Part shown: positions 38,050 to 50,979 of the stretch, one piece after another
Layout of the letters: the number at the start of each line of letters is the position of its first letter
Numbering within the stretch: position 1 is the stretch's first letter
Position numbers and translations under genes: made by a program
Source: Camelus dromedarius
Taxonomy: Eukaryota
Direction of reading: 5' to 3'
Assembly: GCF_036321535.1 (NCBI RefSeq)
Contig: NC_087437.1
Coordinates: 36,892,001 to 36,956,000 of the forward strand
DNA: 64,000 nt
The notes under the pieces: model-generated
Seen by the model: only the letters and a program-made list of their open reading frames with translations
Databases searched by the model: none
Told to the model about the DNA's origin: nothing

Positions 38050-40570
38050 ATTATTCCTTGACCTGACCTCTTTCCTTTTCCTCAAAAGCTTTCTTCATTT
38101 ATATTGCTGTAAAGCCATTTTCTCTGATCTCTTATTACCCATTTATGCCTTCAGTCTTATCTCTTACAATTGATTCTTTTTCCCTATCTCTCTACTGAAA
38201 TTGCTCTCTCAGAGGTCACTAATGAGTTCCTTTTTCCCAAATACAACATACACTTCAATCTCTTTATCTTCCTCAAACTCTTTTACTGTTTGCACTAGAA
38301 ACCATCTTTTTTTGTTTGTTTGTTTGTCTCATTGAGTTGTAAGAGGAGAATATGGCTAGATATCTGTCAACAAATTTTGTCAACAAATCCAAATATAGGC
38401 ATTACAATGATGCTAAAGTTCTTTGAACCTAGAGCTTAAAGATTATACTGTTTTCAGAGTAGTTTTAAGGACTCCAACAAGAAGGATTTTGCGTATCTTT
38501 AAGATTACATTGCTAATAACTACAGTCTGTTTCTATCTTGTTGCAAGTGTGCTTTTCTGCCACTGAAGAGCTTCATCATATACTTTATAGTAAACAAGAT
38601 CTATCATGTCCTCTCTGGTTCCAATTACACTTCATATTTCAAATTCAGTTTCTAATCATTGATTAGATCAGATTCTCTGATTCCTAATGTCAGTTTCTGG
38701 TAGTGATCATCTGATTGGCCAGTTAATCTTTTCGAGGAAGGCACTTACTAGCTGTTAATCAGCAAATGGGTAGCTGTTCTTGGTCAGTTATACATACCTT
38801 ACTGGTTAAAGGGTGAGGTGGCAGTCAGATGGCACAAAACATGGCACTTGGGAAGCAGGGGCTAAAGATGGTTCAGTTTTATTTCTAGGGGCTATTAGAT
38901 TTTTATAGTAGTTATCATTTTTGGTATATTTCCTTCCATACCTCTCAATACTCTTGCTTTGCATGGGAGAGCTTTATTAATAATTTCACCAGTCATGAAC
39001 TGCTAATTTGCCATCCTAGAGTGAGCAAAAGCTTAGTTCACCTAAGTAGTGTCCCCGCAATTCCTACCATTGTCATTGTCCTTCTGATAGTTATTTTCTT
39101 GATTTCCACTGCTAGTGGTTTCACATGTATATATACATATTATTATTTATATATCTATATACATATATAATTATCATGTATATAATTGTATAGCTATCTA
39201 TAACTGCCTATCATCTATCTATATGAGAGAGAGAAAGAATTTAAAAATTCTTTTTTTTTTTGGCCTATTTAGTTGCTAGGAACAGATAGACAGGTAGACC
39301 CTCAAGCTAGCACAAATACGGGCAGTTTTATAGTGGGTATGTGTAGAGAACTAAGTGAAATCTAGAACAGAAATTTTAACTGGGCCAAGCCTCAAACAGA
39401 TGTGGTGTAATGGAAGGTGGTTCTTGAATCTAATGCAGTTCTCTTAGCCTTAATAGTGAATCATTGATCTACAACCAATATTGTTGATGTGATTCCTATT
39501 TTTGCCATGTCTCTTCCTCTGCCAGTTGGCTGCCTTTTATTGCTCTTGTTATTTGCTACTGTTGCCTCTTAATTTTGTCACATGACCCATGATAGTCATT
39601 ACAATGTTACTATATCTCAGGCACTATTAGCTGCAACTTCTACTTACTCAGTCCGCCTGGTTTTCTCGATATAAATTATTAAAAACAAGACTTTCTTTGG
39701 CCAAATATATTGTGTCCTGCAAGTGTACACTCATGGACCACCAACCAGACTCTGAATTTATTATCTTTGGATGAGATGTGTACCCATGGTCCAAACAGCT
39801 TGGGTCAGGATGACATTATCACTTAGTAAAATAGATGACAGAGTACCTATGAATTGATGGTGCCAGGTAGCCACTAATCCAACCACTTTCTGCTTCTTAA
39901 AAAATTCTTCTCTATTTTTTTTTAACTTTGAACATTTTTTTTAATCTGATACTTTTCTGTCTCTCTCTCTGAAGAGAAAAAGAAGAGACACTTCCCTGTC
40001 TTTCTCTGAAAATTGTCCTCAGTTTTCTATGAAGAGGTGCCTTAAGTTTTTGTCCCTGTATGTACATTCTTTGCCCTTTGATTTTTCTCAAGACATAATA
40101 ATTCTTATGAATTCAGCTATAACATCTTTTATATAGTTCTTGAGTCCATAATTATAGCTTCAGCTGCCCTTTGAAATGTCAAATCTACCTTTCTAACCAC
40201 CTACTTGTTTTCTCTATTTGAATGTCCACCATGTTTATTTATACTAGTTCAGAAACAAACTTGCCACTAAATTAATTTCTCCTTCAGTCATTGATACTTC
40301 TACTAATGGAACAGCAATTCACTTAGTTACCAAGTTATATCCTTGAACTACCTTTAATACTCTTTTTCTTTATCCCCTACATTTAGTTATGTGCTACTTA
40401 CTACGTATTCTACCTCTGCGTTATTTCTTGTTATCATCTGCCCTATATATTCATGCTCACTACCTAGTTCGTGCCTTCATTGTGACTCTTATCTGTGCTA
40501 ATGTGTTTAGTCTCTTCCCTCTCTACAGCATCTCTTCATCATTGCCATATTAATCTTCCCACAAAAATTT
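38050..40570. mobile_element. Mosaic of L2 fragments and degraded MaLR (MLT1) LTR pieces
   Basis: L2: actgaaattgctctctcagaggtcactaatga. MLT1: catctgattggccag, tacccatggtccaaacagct. Confidence 0.45.
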
Positions 40571-40576
40571 TGTTTA

Positions 40577-41040
40577 CGTCAGTTCCAATTTCAGGCAAGT
40601 CACAGCAGCAAACAGATGGTACATTCAAATTTGGTAGTTTGAAGAGAGTTTAATAAAGAGATTTTAAAAAGGTGCTGGATGAGTAAAGAGAGAACGCAAG
40701 GATAATACCGTACCCAGGGGTTTGCATACCAGTATTCTTCCCATTATTGTACCTGATGTGATGAGAGAAGAAAGTGATAACTGGAACCCAGAGATACAAA
40801 GGGCCAGGTAGAGGCCACCTGTCATAAAGGAGGTAGCCAGCTTCACATGAAGAAAATTTAGGATATAATCCACTTAACTCTCCTTTCATCCCATAGATGT
40901 CCTGCCACTGCTTCTGACTAGGCAAACCCAACAGGAAGCCCAAAGGCAAGGAATCTCAAGAATGTGGTTCCACCATCTAGATGGGCTTTCTAGAGTGAAG
41001 AGCAGAGAGTGTATCTGAAAGGGCAAGGTGGAGACAGTTC
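40577..41040 (-). mobile_element. ERVL-class LTR (LTR40/LTR41-like) inserted in L2
   Basis: cagcaaacagatggtacattcaaatttggtagtttgaagagagtttaataaag...ggcaaacccaacaggaagcc. Confidence 0.55.
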
Positions 41041-41403
41041 AACTCTCTTAAACACTCAAAATTTTCTCACTGCCTATTGAAAAAAGCAGTGTTTACGGAC
41101 TTTCATTGAATGACCTAAATCTTTCCTATTAAGCTTTATTAGCTTTATTGGTCAAATCGGGCTACAGGAATAGTCCCTGTATTTGCATATTTCACTACAG
41201 TGTATGTCTTGCTGTCTATTGAAATACCTTTTTTCTTCCTTTGGCACTATCTACCACCTGGGAAAAATATGTGCTTTGAGACTTGCTTCACCATTTCTCA
41301 TTCACATTTCTTTATCAATGTATATAGGTAGTATGCAAAATTTCAAGTCCCATAAATCTACTTTGTATCTTATTTAGACATTTATTTTGTTCCAGTTTGC
41401 ACT

Positions 41404-42036
41404 TACGGTAGGCAGAATCCTAAAATGACCCCAAGATCCTACCTTCCTCCATGCACAGTGTACCTGCCCTGGATAATTCCCCTGCTCTTGACTGTAAGCT
41501 AGACCACTGGCTATGATGGAGTATCACTCCTATGATTAAACTCCCTTAGATAGGGAAGGGATTGTCCAGATGTAATCAGTAGACTTTGAGTTAGTCAAAA
41601 AATTAATCTAAGTGGACCTGACCCAATAAAGTGAACCCTTAAAAAAGATTGGACCCTTTCTTAAGGAGGAGATTTAAATCATGGGAAATGCTACTAAGCA
41701 TGCAGCCTTGGAGAAGAACACGTAAGGAATGGTGGAGAGCCTTTAGTAAGTTGCTCCTTGGTGCCAACTAGCAAGAAAGAAAGAATCTCTGGCTTATAAT
41801 CACCAGGAACTGAATCCTGACAGTAAACAATGAGTTTGGAATAGGACACTGATCCTCCCATGAGACTGCAGCCCTAGCTGACACCTTGCATTTAGACTGG
41901 TAAAACCCTGAACAGAGGCCCCAGCTAACTCATATGTAGGGTTCTGACCAATGAAAGCTGTGAGATAATAAATTTTTGTTGTTTTAAGCCACTAAGTTTG
42001 TGGTAATCTATGACACAGAAATATAAAACTAATATG
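41404..42036 (+). mobile_element. MaLR LTR (MLT1E-like), near full length
   Basis: ggtaggcagaatcctaaaatgacccc start; tgtgagataataaatttttgttgttttaagccactaagtttgtggtaat...aaaactaata end. Confidence 0.85.
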
Positions 42037-42130
42037 TACTTCAATTATGTCTGTATTTAACTCAACCTTCTAAACTGTAAACTTTCTTGAAACTTTAATT
42101 ATATTCTACTTCTGTAAGAGTCTCCAAAAT

Positions 42131-42394
42131 TGTTTTTGGGGGTTTTTTTTGTTTTGTTTTGTTTTTTGTTTTTTTCCTTTTTTGTTTTTATTGACATACA
42201 GTCAGTTACAATGTGTCAATTTCTGGTGTACAGCACAATGTCCCAGTCATGCATATACATACATATATTCGTTTTCATGTTCTTTTTATTAAAGGTTATT
42301 ATAAGATACTGAATATAGTTCCCTGTGCTTTACAGAAGAAACTTTTTTAAATCTAGTATATATAGTGGCTAACATTTGCAAATCTCAAACTCCC
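42131..42394 (-). mobile_element. Camelid-type L1 3' fragment with (GTTTT)n tail
   Basis: tttattgacatacagtcagttacaatgtgtcaatttctggtgtacagcac...gaatatagttccctgtgc...caaatctcaaactccc. Confidence 0.85.
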
Positions 42395-43671
42395 CACAGT
42401 TATTTGTTAAATAGGTGATATAAAATATGTGTAAAGCAACTGAACAACAGGGAAGAAATCAAGACATTTGAATGTAATATGATATATTTCAAGTTTTGTT
42501 TATGATGGAACCTTTACTTTCTCTGAAACACTGGAAATGAATTGAAATCTCACCAGATGAGTTGAGCTTTTCAATGGGGAATGAATATCTTTGTGTTCAA
42601 AGATTAATGCTGTTGTGGGGCTTGACTTAAACAATTAGTACATAATAGAGGTCTTGGAGTAGGTCAGATAATTGCTACTCAAAATGACTTTAAGTTATAG
42701 ATATTTAGAGCCTGAGGACGTCAAATATCACCTCATCTAACTGATTAGCTTTGCAAACAACAAAGGTTATTTACCTCCTAAATAACCAGAACCACACTTT
42801 AATAATACATCAGTTACAGAGAATAGGTAAAGATTCAAAATTTATGATGTATCTCACAGAGCAACCTCTGCCACCTCCTCCTACACCCTCATGAGGACAA
42901 TTGACCTAAACAAAGGGAAAGCCATAGATTTCCAGGTGGGTTCAAAATACTAGATGATGAAAATAATCTAGAATGAGTTACAGCAACCATGCTTTCAGGG
43001 CAGCAAAGCATTGCCTGGATTGAAACAGAGGAATTAATTAATTTAGAAATGTACAGGAGGATCAGTTAGGTTTTTTTTTTTTAAGAGTATCAGTTTCATA
43101 GCTGAGAACAATTTTTCCTAAGCCAAAAAAAAAAAAAAAAAAAAAGTTGGCTTGGGCTTTTAAAGAATAAAAATATTAAAAAGCATTTTTTCCTTCTGAA
43201 ATGTCACAGAATGGGGTTAGATTTGGTAGTATTGAGGGATCAAGATAAGATACCTCAAACACTGAAGCAGAGGAGATGTGAAGGGAATGGAAGAAGTTAG
43301 CACTTCAAAAGATGAATAATTTTAAACTTTGTATTTCCTTTCTACAAATGGAGATAGAGAACAGAAGGCAGATGCTGTCTGATTATCTCAGATCCAGCTA
43401 AAGGAGGATGTCATTTGTTACTCCAATTTACAGGAACTGCATAGAACAGTCGTAAGGGGAGCACATTCTTCTTGCCTGCGTCATGTTAATCATCATTACT
43501 TCTTTTTCCAAACACTTCAGAAAGAAAAGTTACAGATGTTAAGGGAATGCGGCAAACATAAAAAAGAGAACTATGCTGCAGATCATATTCTTTTCTGCAG
43601 ATGAAGTGGACAGAAATGAAATTCTATAATTTCGTAAATAAAATGTGAAGCTATATCTACTTCCATATTAG

Positions 43672-44180
43672 TGCCAACTAACAATGGCCCTTGCCATCTG
43701 CCTTTATAAGGACTGGATCACATTGGCATGGGCCATCTACCTCTGCTTGGATTAAATCACGAGCCGCTGCAGCTGCTGACCTCCAACATGACCTGAAAGG
43801 AGTTTAGGGTGGAGATAAGGAACGAGGTGCTTTGTGCTCTGGGAAAACTGGCTGAACAAGCTTTCCGATAGTTAGATATTTTCAGGAGAAGATTTTATAA
43901 GCCCAAATTCTTGCATGTCCTCATAACTAGAAAGGCACTAAAATCATTAATGGTGACATCTGCTCCTTGTGACTAGCAGCAAGCCTCTGCCTAAATGTGA
44001 GCTTGACTGCACGTACCCCTCTTTACTAAAATCATATATACAATACTGAGTTCACCCTGCCACTTGGGAGCAGTTCCTCAGAGCTATCTGAGATGCTATC
44101 TCCCATGCTATAATCCTCTTTTGACCCAAATAAAACTTAACCCACAACTCACACGTTATGTGAATTTATTTCAGTTGACA
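43672..44180 (+). mobile_element. Older MER41-like ERV1 solo LTR (509 bp)
   Basis: TG...CA; perfect TSD TTAG (43668-43671 and 44181-44184); AATAAA ~44129; 3' end ttcagttgaca matches the reverse complement of copies A/B. Confidence 0.88.
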
Positions 44181-45589
44181 TTAGTCACATGCTAATATAA
44201 GAAATAAAAGATAAGGCAGATATCCATTTTGACTTCATTTTCTACTTTTTCTCAGAATACTTTAAGTTTTAGAGGAATGTGAGACAGCTTCTCTTTTGTT
44301 TCAGTATTTTTTTGGACTTTTTACTGGAGGACTATATTAAGTCTGGACTCTTACTCACTGTGGTGTTTTAGGAAATCATTTCTACATTAACTCAGTGTGA
44401 TTCAGAAAGCCTGCGTTTCCAGTTGACTTGAGAACACATTGGAAAATCAGCTGGATATCAAGGGTATCCAAAGCTTATTTCATGTTTGCTTAAAATGAAG
44501 ATAAATCTTTCCTATTAAAAACACAATACTTTGAACCTTTATCCATACATCGTTAAGATTTTAAATGTTCAAAGGTTCCTGTCAGACCTGCTTTTAAAGA
44601 AACCTAACTGGAGGTCTTTATCTTTCACTAATTAGAAAACTCAATGGAATGTGAATTACAGCATATGACACAGCTTTCATTACTCTGCTATTTAGCCAGA
44701 TTCTAATTAAGAAAACATGTGCTGATCTTTACTTTTATAGCATTCTGAAAATGCTATACACCACTTAAAATCTACCCCATTTTCCACATTAAGATTAGTG
44801 GCACACCTTCTTGAATTTTCCAGAGGAAGTAACTTCCCTTAGACCCTCTTCAACTGGTGACAGAGATGTAACCGACTAGGCATGGTTTCTAGATTTTGAC
44901 GTTATCAAATGTAAACTATTAAATTTAAGTTAAATACAGAGAGGTTCAATCCTCCTCCTGTCAGTGGAGAAGAAAGTTGACTGCAACATTTTCTATAGAA
45001 CCTGCAGTAATCCTTCTCACTCTAGTCTCTTGATAAAGTGAAGAATATTACTCTATAATTTCATTTCTTTCTGTGAACCACATTCTCACCCTAAAACACC
45101 TGCCTACCTAGGGAAAAAATGAATAAACCCTTCCCCAGGAACACATAAACAGCAGGGGGGTGTGCAGACTTCTGATTCATATAGCTCTTCTCAGAAGCGT
45201 TTCAGGCTCTAAAGAGAAAAATAACATCAGCCAACCTTGTACCTAAGTCTGCAGTTCATGAAGCTTTTTTATGTGAAGGACTGTCTTCCCTTCTTCATGT
45301 GAGTTTGTGTCCTTCACTCCAAGGGCCCCCACTCACATATAGTATCAGTGGAGACTAGTGGAACTGTGCAAGGCAAGAGGCTCTGTTGCCTTGGGTCCAT
45401 TGTTTGTTTTACTTAATGCAATAAATACTAATTTTGAAGTCAGAAAACTCTAAGGTTTTTAAAATTTACACACATTTCTCAACATGATATTTTAAGAACA
45501 CAAACACACGCACACACACAGGAATGTTGTCTATTTTGTTTTTGCTACTTTATCCTTCACAGATATTGTTATTTTGCAAATAGTAAGAT

Positions 45590-46730
45590 TCAATAAATAT
45601 ATTTGAATAAATCTATTATAAAAGCAATATGTGCACATGGTAAAACGTCATGGTTTAGAAGGGTATAAAGAAAAATATGAAACCTCCCTTTTCCCCATGC
45701 TTCACTCCTCATTCCTAGAAGTAAGCACTTTATTAACGTTTCTAATTATTTCTTATTCTGTTTATCTCTGCAACTGCAAACAAATTTTCTGTTACCTCTT
45801 TCTGAATTAATTTGCTTAAGAATTATGTATTAACTTTTTTTTTCTGGATGACTGACTTCACCAAAAAATCCCTTTCCGATCCTCATATCTGTCATTAAAA
45901 TAGGCTTCCAACTCATAATTAACAACATGAAAACTCAACATCACATTTTTCTTGTTTTTACATTCGTTTTTGCATTCTTTTTATATTTTGATACAGGATA
46001 ATTCAGTTTCCTCTGAATATGACTGGCCTGTCCCCCCACTGTCCTACAGAGGGCTCTGACTTCCTATGCCATTTGGTCAGCTGACTTTCTACTCCTGCCA
46101 AATAATGTCCTGCTTGAGAATTAGACCAGTTCTTTTTGACTACTATCTCTAGGTTTCTTTATTTTTCTTTATGCTTGAGTCTTTAGATGATTTTTTAAAC
46201 TATATCTGTTAACCAGTTTCTGTAGATGACTTTTCTTTTTTCTCTTGAAGAATTCTAGGGTCATCTCTTTATTCTTAGTGTTAGGAAAATTCACAATTAT
46301 GTTTCTAGACATATGGGCTGTTTTTACATTTATTACATTAGCCCTTAGAGAGCTGTTTTAATGTGAACATTTGGTTCTTCTTTCTACTCTTGAAATACTA
46401 GATTTTTTTTTTCTGTTATTATACCCACAGTAGTTTTCCTCTATATGTTCTCAAAATGTTTATTTCATTAGTAATCTCCCTCTAAATTTCGTTTTGGATA
46501 CCCACTAATTAGATGTTGAACATACTGTATTTACTCTTTTTGACTTATTTCTTCCTATCTTCCTTCTCCATTTTTTAATCCTATATTTTGAAATACATCA
46601 TCCAGTTTTGTTTTTCCTTTGACAATGATATTTTAATTTTAAAAGACTTTTCCTTATGAGTTTTGACTTTTCTTTGAGTATATTAGTAGATTTCTTGTGC
46701 TTTTTAAATGTTCTCTCTTGTCTGCTGATG
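45590..46730 (-). mobile_element. Degraded L1ME fragments
   Basis: aagcaatatgtgcacatggtaaaa...aagggtataaag; ctctttattcttagtgttaggaaaattcacaattatgt. Confidence 0.5.
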
Positions 46731-49689
46731 CCTACCATGCAGATCAAAGTTCATAAAAATACAACAGATTTGGAATGTGTGCAGCAAACTACAATCAGAC
46801 CTGCAATTTGAAATAATATGAGTAGAGAAAAGATGACTGACAAATAGATTAGAAAAATCTTCAAAATACAGGTCTATGCTATATAGTTTTGCCTATTTTA
46901 CCTAAGCCTAAATAATGAGTAAGAATTGCTGTCCTTCTATTTTGCTTATTACTACAAAATCTGTCTTGTCTTGGCATCAGTTACTTATGTAGAAAGGTGT
47001 CATATTTTCCAGTTAGATTTCTGCCTCTAAGATGTTTCTGTAAGTGTTTTCCAACACTCTTAATCATTATGAACATAAAAATCTTGGGGTAGAAATAATT
47101 TAGTGCCGATATATTGACAGATAAATTTTGTAGAAACTTATTCCTTATTAATGTGATTTTTTATTTACTCTAGATTGAAATAAATTAGAATATACTTTGT
47201 TATAGGTGAAAAATTGAACAGACTTGAATATGAAATTATTTTCAGATTTCCCTTGAAAAATACATTGATTTCTTCATATGCAACCTGATAAAAGATATAC
47301 TTTGCACTTGAAAGTTATTTAAAACAGAAAGCAGGATGGGAATTCACACTAAATCACTAATGTGTATCCCAGTGGTAATTAATTCAACTTTTTGTACAGA
47401 TTCCAGAAACTAACTTACTGTACCACGAGGGGGTGTTCAAGAAAGTTTTCAATATCCTCTCCCAACCCCATGATCCTTGGATATCCCCTAATGAATAAAT
47501 ATAAACTGTGATTTGCTTTGGAAGGTTATTGTTTTATCTTAGGAGAAAATGATTGATCTGTGTAAATATCTGCAATTTTTATTTGAAATTCTGTCTCTAC
47601 CCCAGAAAAAAGGAACATTAATTTCCCACCAAAACACTTTCTGTCCAAGTTCCATATTGTAAAACATTACAGAAAATGAAATTAGTTTTCCAAAATAATG
47701 GATGACCATCTCTCTACTTCATTTATTAACTCAATAAATATATGTTAGCATTGCAGGATACCTGAAATTCTGGTATTTTTAGAAGCAAAAGGATCAAGGG
47801 GAATTTAAAAGTTACACAGTCCTTTCTGTAAGGAAAATAGCACAGAGATGAAATTAGCCAGTTAATTTAAAATAATTTTTATTAAGAATCTCTAAATCTT
47901 GAGACCTATTTCGCCAGACATTATGTATATTTGTTTTCCTTTCTGTGCTTGCTACAAAATTTAAATTGTTTTTAACAACCATTTGGGGGGGAAAAAAACA
48001 CCTTAGTCTACCAACCAATAAGTTGATATAATTACTTATTCTTCCTTATAAAAACAGTAGAAAATAAATAAAAAGCAAGAACCTAACTTTCATGATAATC
48101 TTTTTTCAACAAACCTATTAAGCATATTTTGTCTATGGCAGTATGCAAGCCCAGTGGAATTATCACAGATTAACACGTTTCCTAGAATTCAAGACCTGGC
48201 AGGGGAAATGCATATGTAAACTCACAATTATGCCAAATGGAATAAAACAAATGCATAATGAGTGTACAAAGAGGTACAGATGTGTTGAGGGATTTATTAA
48301 CTATGAGGAAAATTTTAAAAATAATGCCTTCATCTCAGATGTGTATAAACGCATTCTAGTTAAAGAAATAACAGGAACAGAGACTTAAATAGCCCACATC
48401 ATTAATAAATAGCTTTTTGGCCCACAGAGAGAACTTCTAATGAAGAGTCCTAGGTTGAGCGTACCAGCAGCAGCTAGAGCTCAGGTTTGAACCTCTAGAC
48501 ACATCAGATTCATATTTACCAGGTCTGTCCTAAAAAGGTGAAATCAGGAATGTGATTGGAAGCATCAGAAGTCCTACCACAAAATATTAAAAATAATCAA
48601 AGACGTACAATTACATTTAGGGAGAGAAGCCAGGTTCAAGAAAGATGTAAGTGTTGAATGAGAGCACTGTCGCGGACATGCTGGCAGAGAGAGATCAGAA
48701 GAGTATGGAAACTGGTAGAAATGAAGTCCGTCACATGAAGTTAGGAGAATTCGCCCTAATCTGCTCTGAGGTTTGGGAACAGCCATGGTTTTACCTTCCC
48801 GGTTGTGTGGTGTTTCTGCTCCCCTTCATGAAAGCCTCGTCCAGTATCAGATGGGGTAAATATGAACAAGGTGTTAAGCACAGAATGTTTTCGTTTTCCT
48901 ATTTTGTGACAATACACAGTTTGAATATGTACTCGCTCCAGTTTTCTGTGTTCAGGACACTTTGCATGACACATGATATGCGTAAACCACTTTGTAAACT
49001 CTGAAAGTGTAAGTAACTGTGACTTTTTGTTATTTGTTTTTACCAAAGGAAGGAAGCTGTAGAAACTAGGAGGCATTAGGACCTTTTTTCTCTGGCCTGC
49101 ACAGCACACAGCCCATATTCTACATGGGTTTTACCTTGTGTAGAAGTCATATGTCCCTCACCCCTCACATAGGCAAAGCACTAGAACACCTACTTTAAAG
49201 GGCAGCAGACAATAACACTTGTCACTGGAGAACGCCAGAATTTGTGCTTTTATTCTAAGACAGGTCAGGGTAAAGCATAGGTGATGCTGTAATCATAATT
49301 GTGAATTTTGGGAGAAAAAGTGCAGGTTGAAAGGAAGAAAGCCCTCTGCTTGTTATGTAAGTTATTCAGTCCTCGTGGCAACCAGGAAGAAAAAATTCGT
49401 GTAACGCCAAGGAGTTTCAATTGTCTAAAAAGCAACTAAAGCAGACAGGTATGGGGTGGGGGAGATACTATTTCAGTAATTGCTTATGGTCAGACACAAT
49501 GGTTAACGTGTAACACAGCAACTGCATTTCCTTCATTTTGTACTTCCCAGCCTCCAAAAAATGACACAAAGACTGGTCCAACTGAAACAGTGACCTTACA
49601 AAAGCAGCATGTAGAAAAAAGCAATATAGAAATATCTACTCAAACTACAATATCCATAAATTGATGTCAAGTTGACAAAAACTGATATC

Positions 49690-50208
49690 CAGGAGTGACA
49701 AACAATGCCAGCTGCCTACCAAGCATCCACACTGTCCTTTTCAGAGAGTAGAATTACTTCTGTGAAGTGATTATCAATTCAGGGACTGAATTTTCTAGCT
49801 CTCTTGCATTTCAGTGGAGCTATGGGATTATTTCTTAATGGTGGACTATGAGCCGAAGTAATATGTGTGTCTGTCACTCCTGGGCTTCTTTGCTTTTGTG
49901 GTGGTTGTGATTGTTGTGTGTTTTATGTTTTTGTTTTTATAGAGGTAGGTGTGCCTTCTCCATCTCTTTTTTTTTTTTTTTTTTTTTTTAACATTTGAAT
50001 GCAAAGAAAAGACTCAAGACTTAGATGCTGAGTAGCACAGGAGGATGGAAAGAATCCTTGCATTACCACATGGAAGAAAAATCTACTGCCAATCAGGAAC
50101 ATTCTCAATAGGTTTTTGTCTAAGTTAGAAATAAAATTGTATTTATTGGACATCTGTAACACAGGACTTTCGTTGTTACAGTGACTAGTATTATCCTTAC
50201 TAACATCC
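49690..50208 (+). mobile_element. MaLR LTR (MLT1H/I/J-like) with an internal poly(T) expansion
   Basis: ctcttgcatttcagtggagctatggga...gaagtaatatgtgt; gatggaaagaatccttg; aagttagaaataaaattgtat. Confidence 0.6.
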
Positions 50209-50322
50209 TAGAACTCTTTTAACATAAACTAAGAATAAAGGAGTAATAATTCATTATTAAATATGGTAAAAGTAAACAGAGAGCTATTTTGCAATTTAAA
50301 TCATAAAATTTACTGCCTAGAC

Positions 50323-50522
50323 CTTGGATTGGCAAACATTTTCTTAAAGGGCCAGATAGTAAATATTTATGATATGCAAGACGTACAGTCTTTGTCACAA
50401 CTACTCAGCTTTGTCATTGTAATGCAAAAGTAGCCAGAGACAATGTATAAACACATGGGAGTGGTTGTGTTACAACTAATGCTTTACAAAAACAGGCTGC
50501 TGGCCTGAGGGGCTAACCCCTG
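50323..50522. mobile_element. MER58A hAT-Charlie MITE
   Basis: ggcaaacattttcttaaagggccagatagtaaatattt...tgtcacaactactcagctttgtcattgta...tttacaaaaacagg...acccctg. Confidence 0.85.
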
Positions 50523-50951
50523 GTTTAGCTTTAGCACACTTTCTCCACCTGGTGACAGGAAATTAAATTGCAAGAATAATAAATGAATGATCTAACTAAG
50601 TTTGAGAAATAACATAGTCGAAAATGTACTCCTAGTGTCATGAAGTGCACATGTGCTGAAGTTTTTCTTTATTTTATTTTACACATGTAGCTGCTCCATT
50701 ACCACAATGGTTGAAAATCCAGCTCCTAGTTAAAATGTTAAAATGTTACTTCTTTATTTTATTTTTAAAAATCAAGATAGTTCACCAAAAGAATGGAAGT
50801 ATTCTTTACCTATTTCATGGTATAATTTTTAGTATGCCATGTAACATTAAACAGCAAAAAAGACAGGGCGGAAGCTCACTTTAATCATATAAATTCTTAA
50901 CCAACTGACTTAATCTGTTGAAAACAAGGGGATATCCAAGGTTAAGGTATA

Positions 50952-50979
50952 GGGGGAAGGGGGATATGGGGAATGGGGG
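50952..50979 (+). repeat. G-quadruplex-forming motif G5-AA-G5-ATAT-G4-AAT-G5
   Basis: Read directly from the sequence. Confidence 0.75.

Noticed and set aside
43392..43451. 60-nt open phase-0 candidate exon (IQLKEDVICYSNLQELHRTV) with a GTAAGG donor
   Set aside because: Weak polypyrimidine tract, unrecognised peptide and no partner exons; cannot be supported without RNA data.
48651..49109. Overlapping 117-aa ORFs on both strands
   Set aside because: Non-ATG starts, no recognisable domain, and partly L2/MIR-like sequence.
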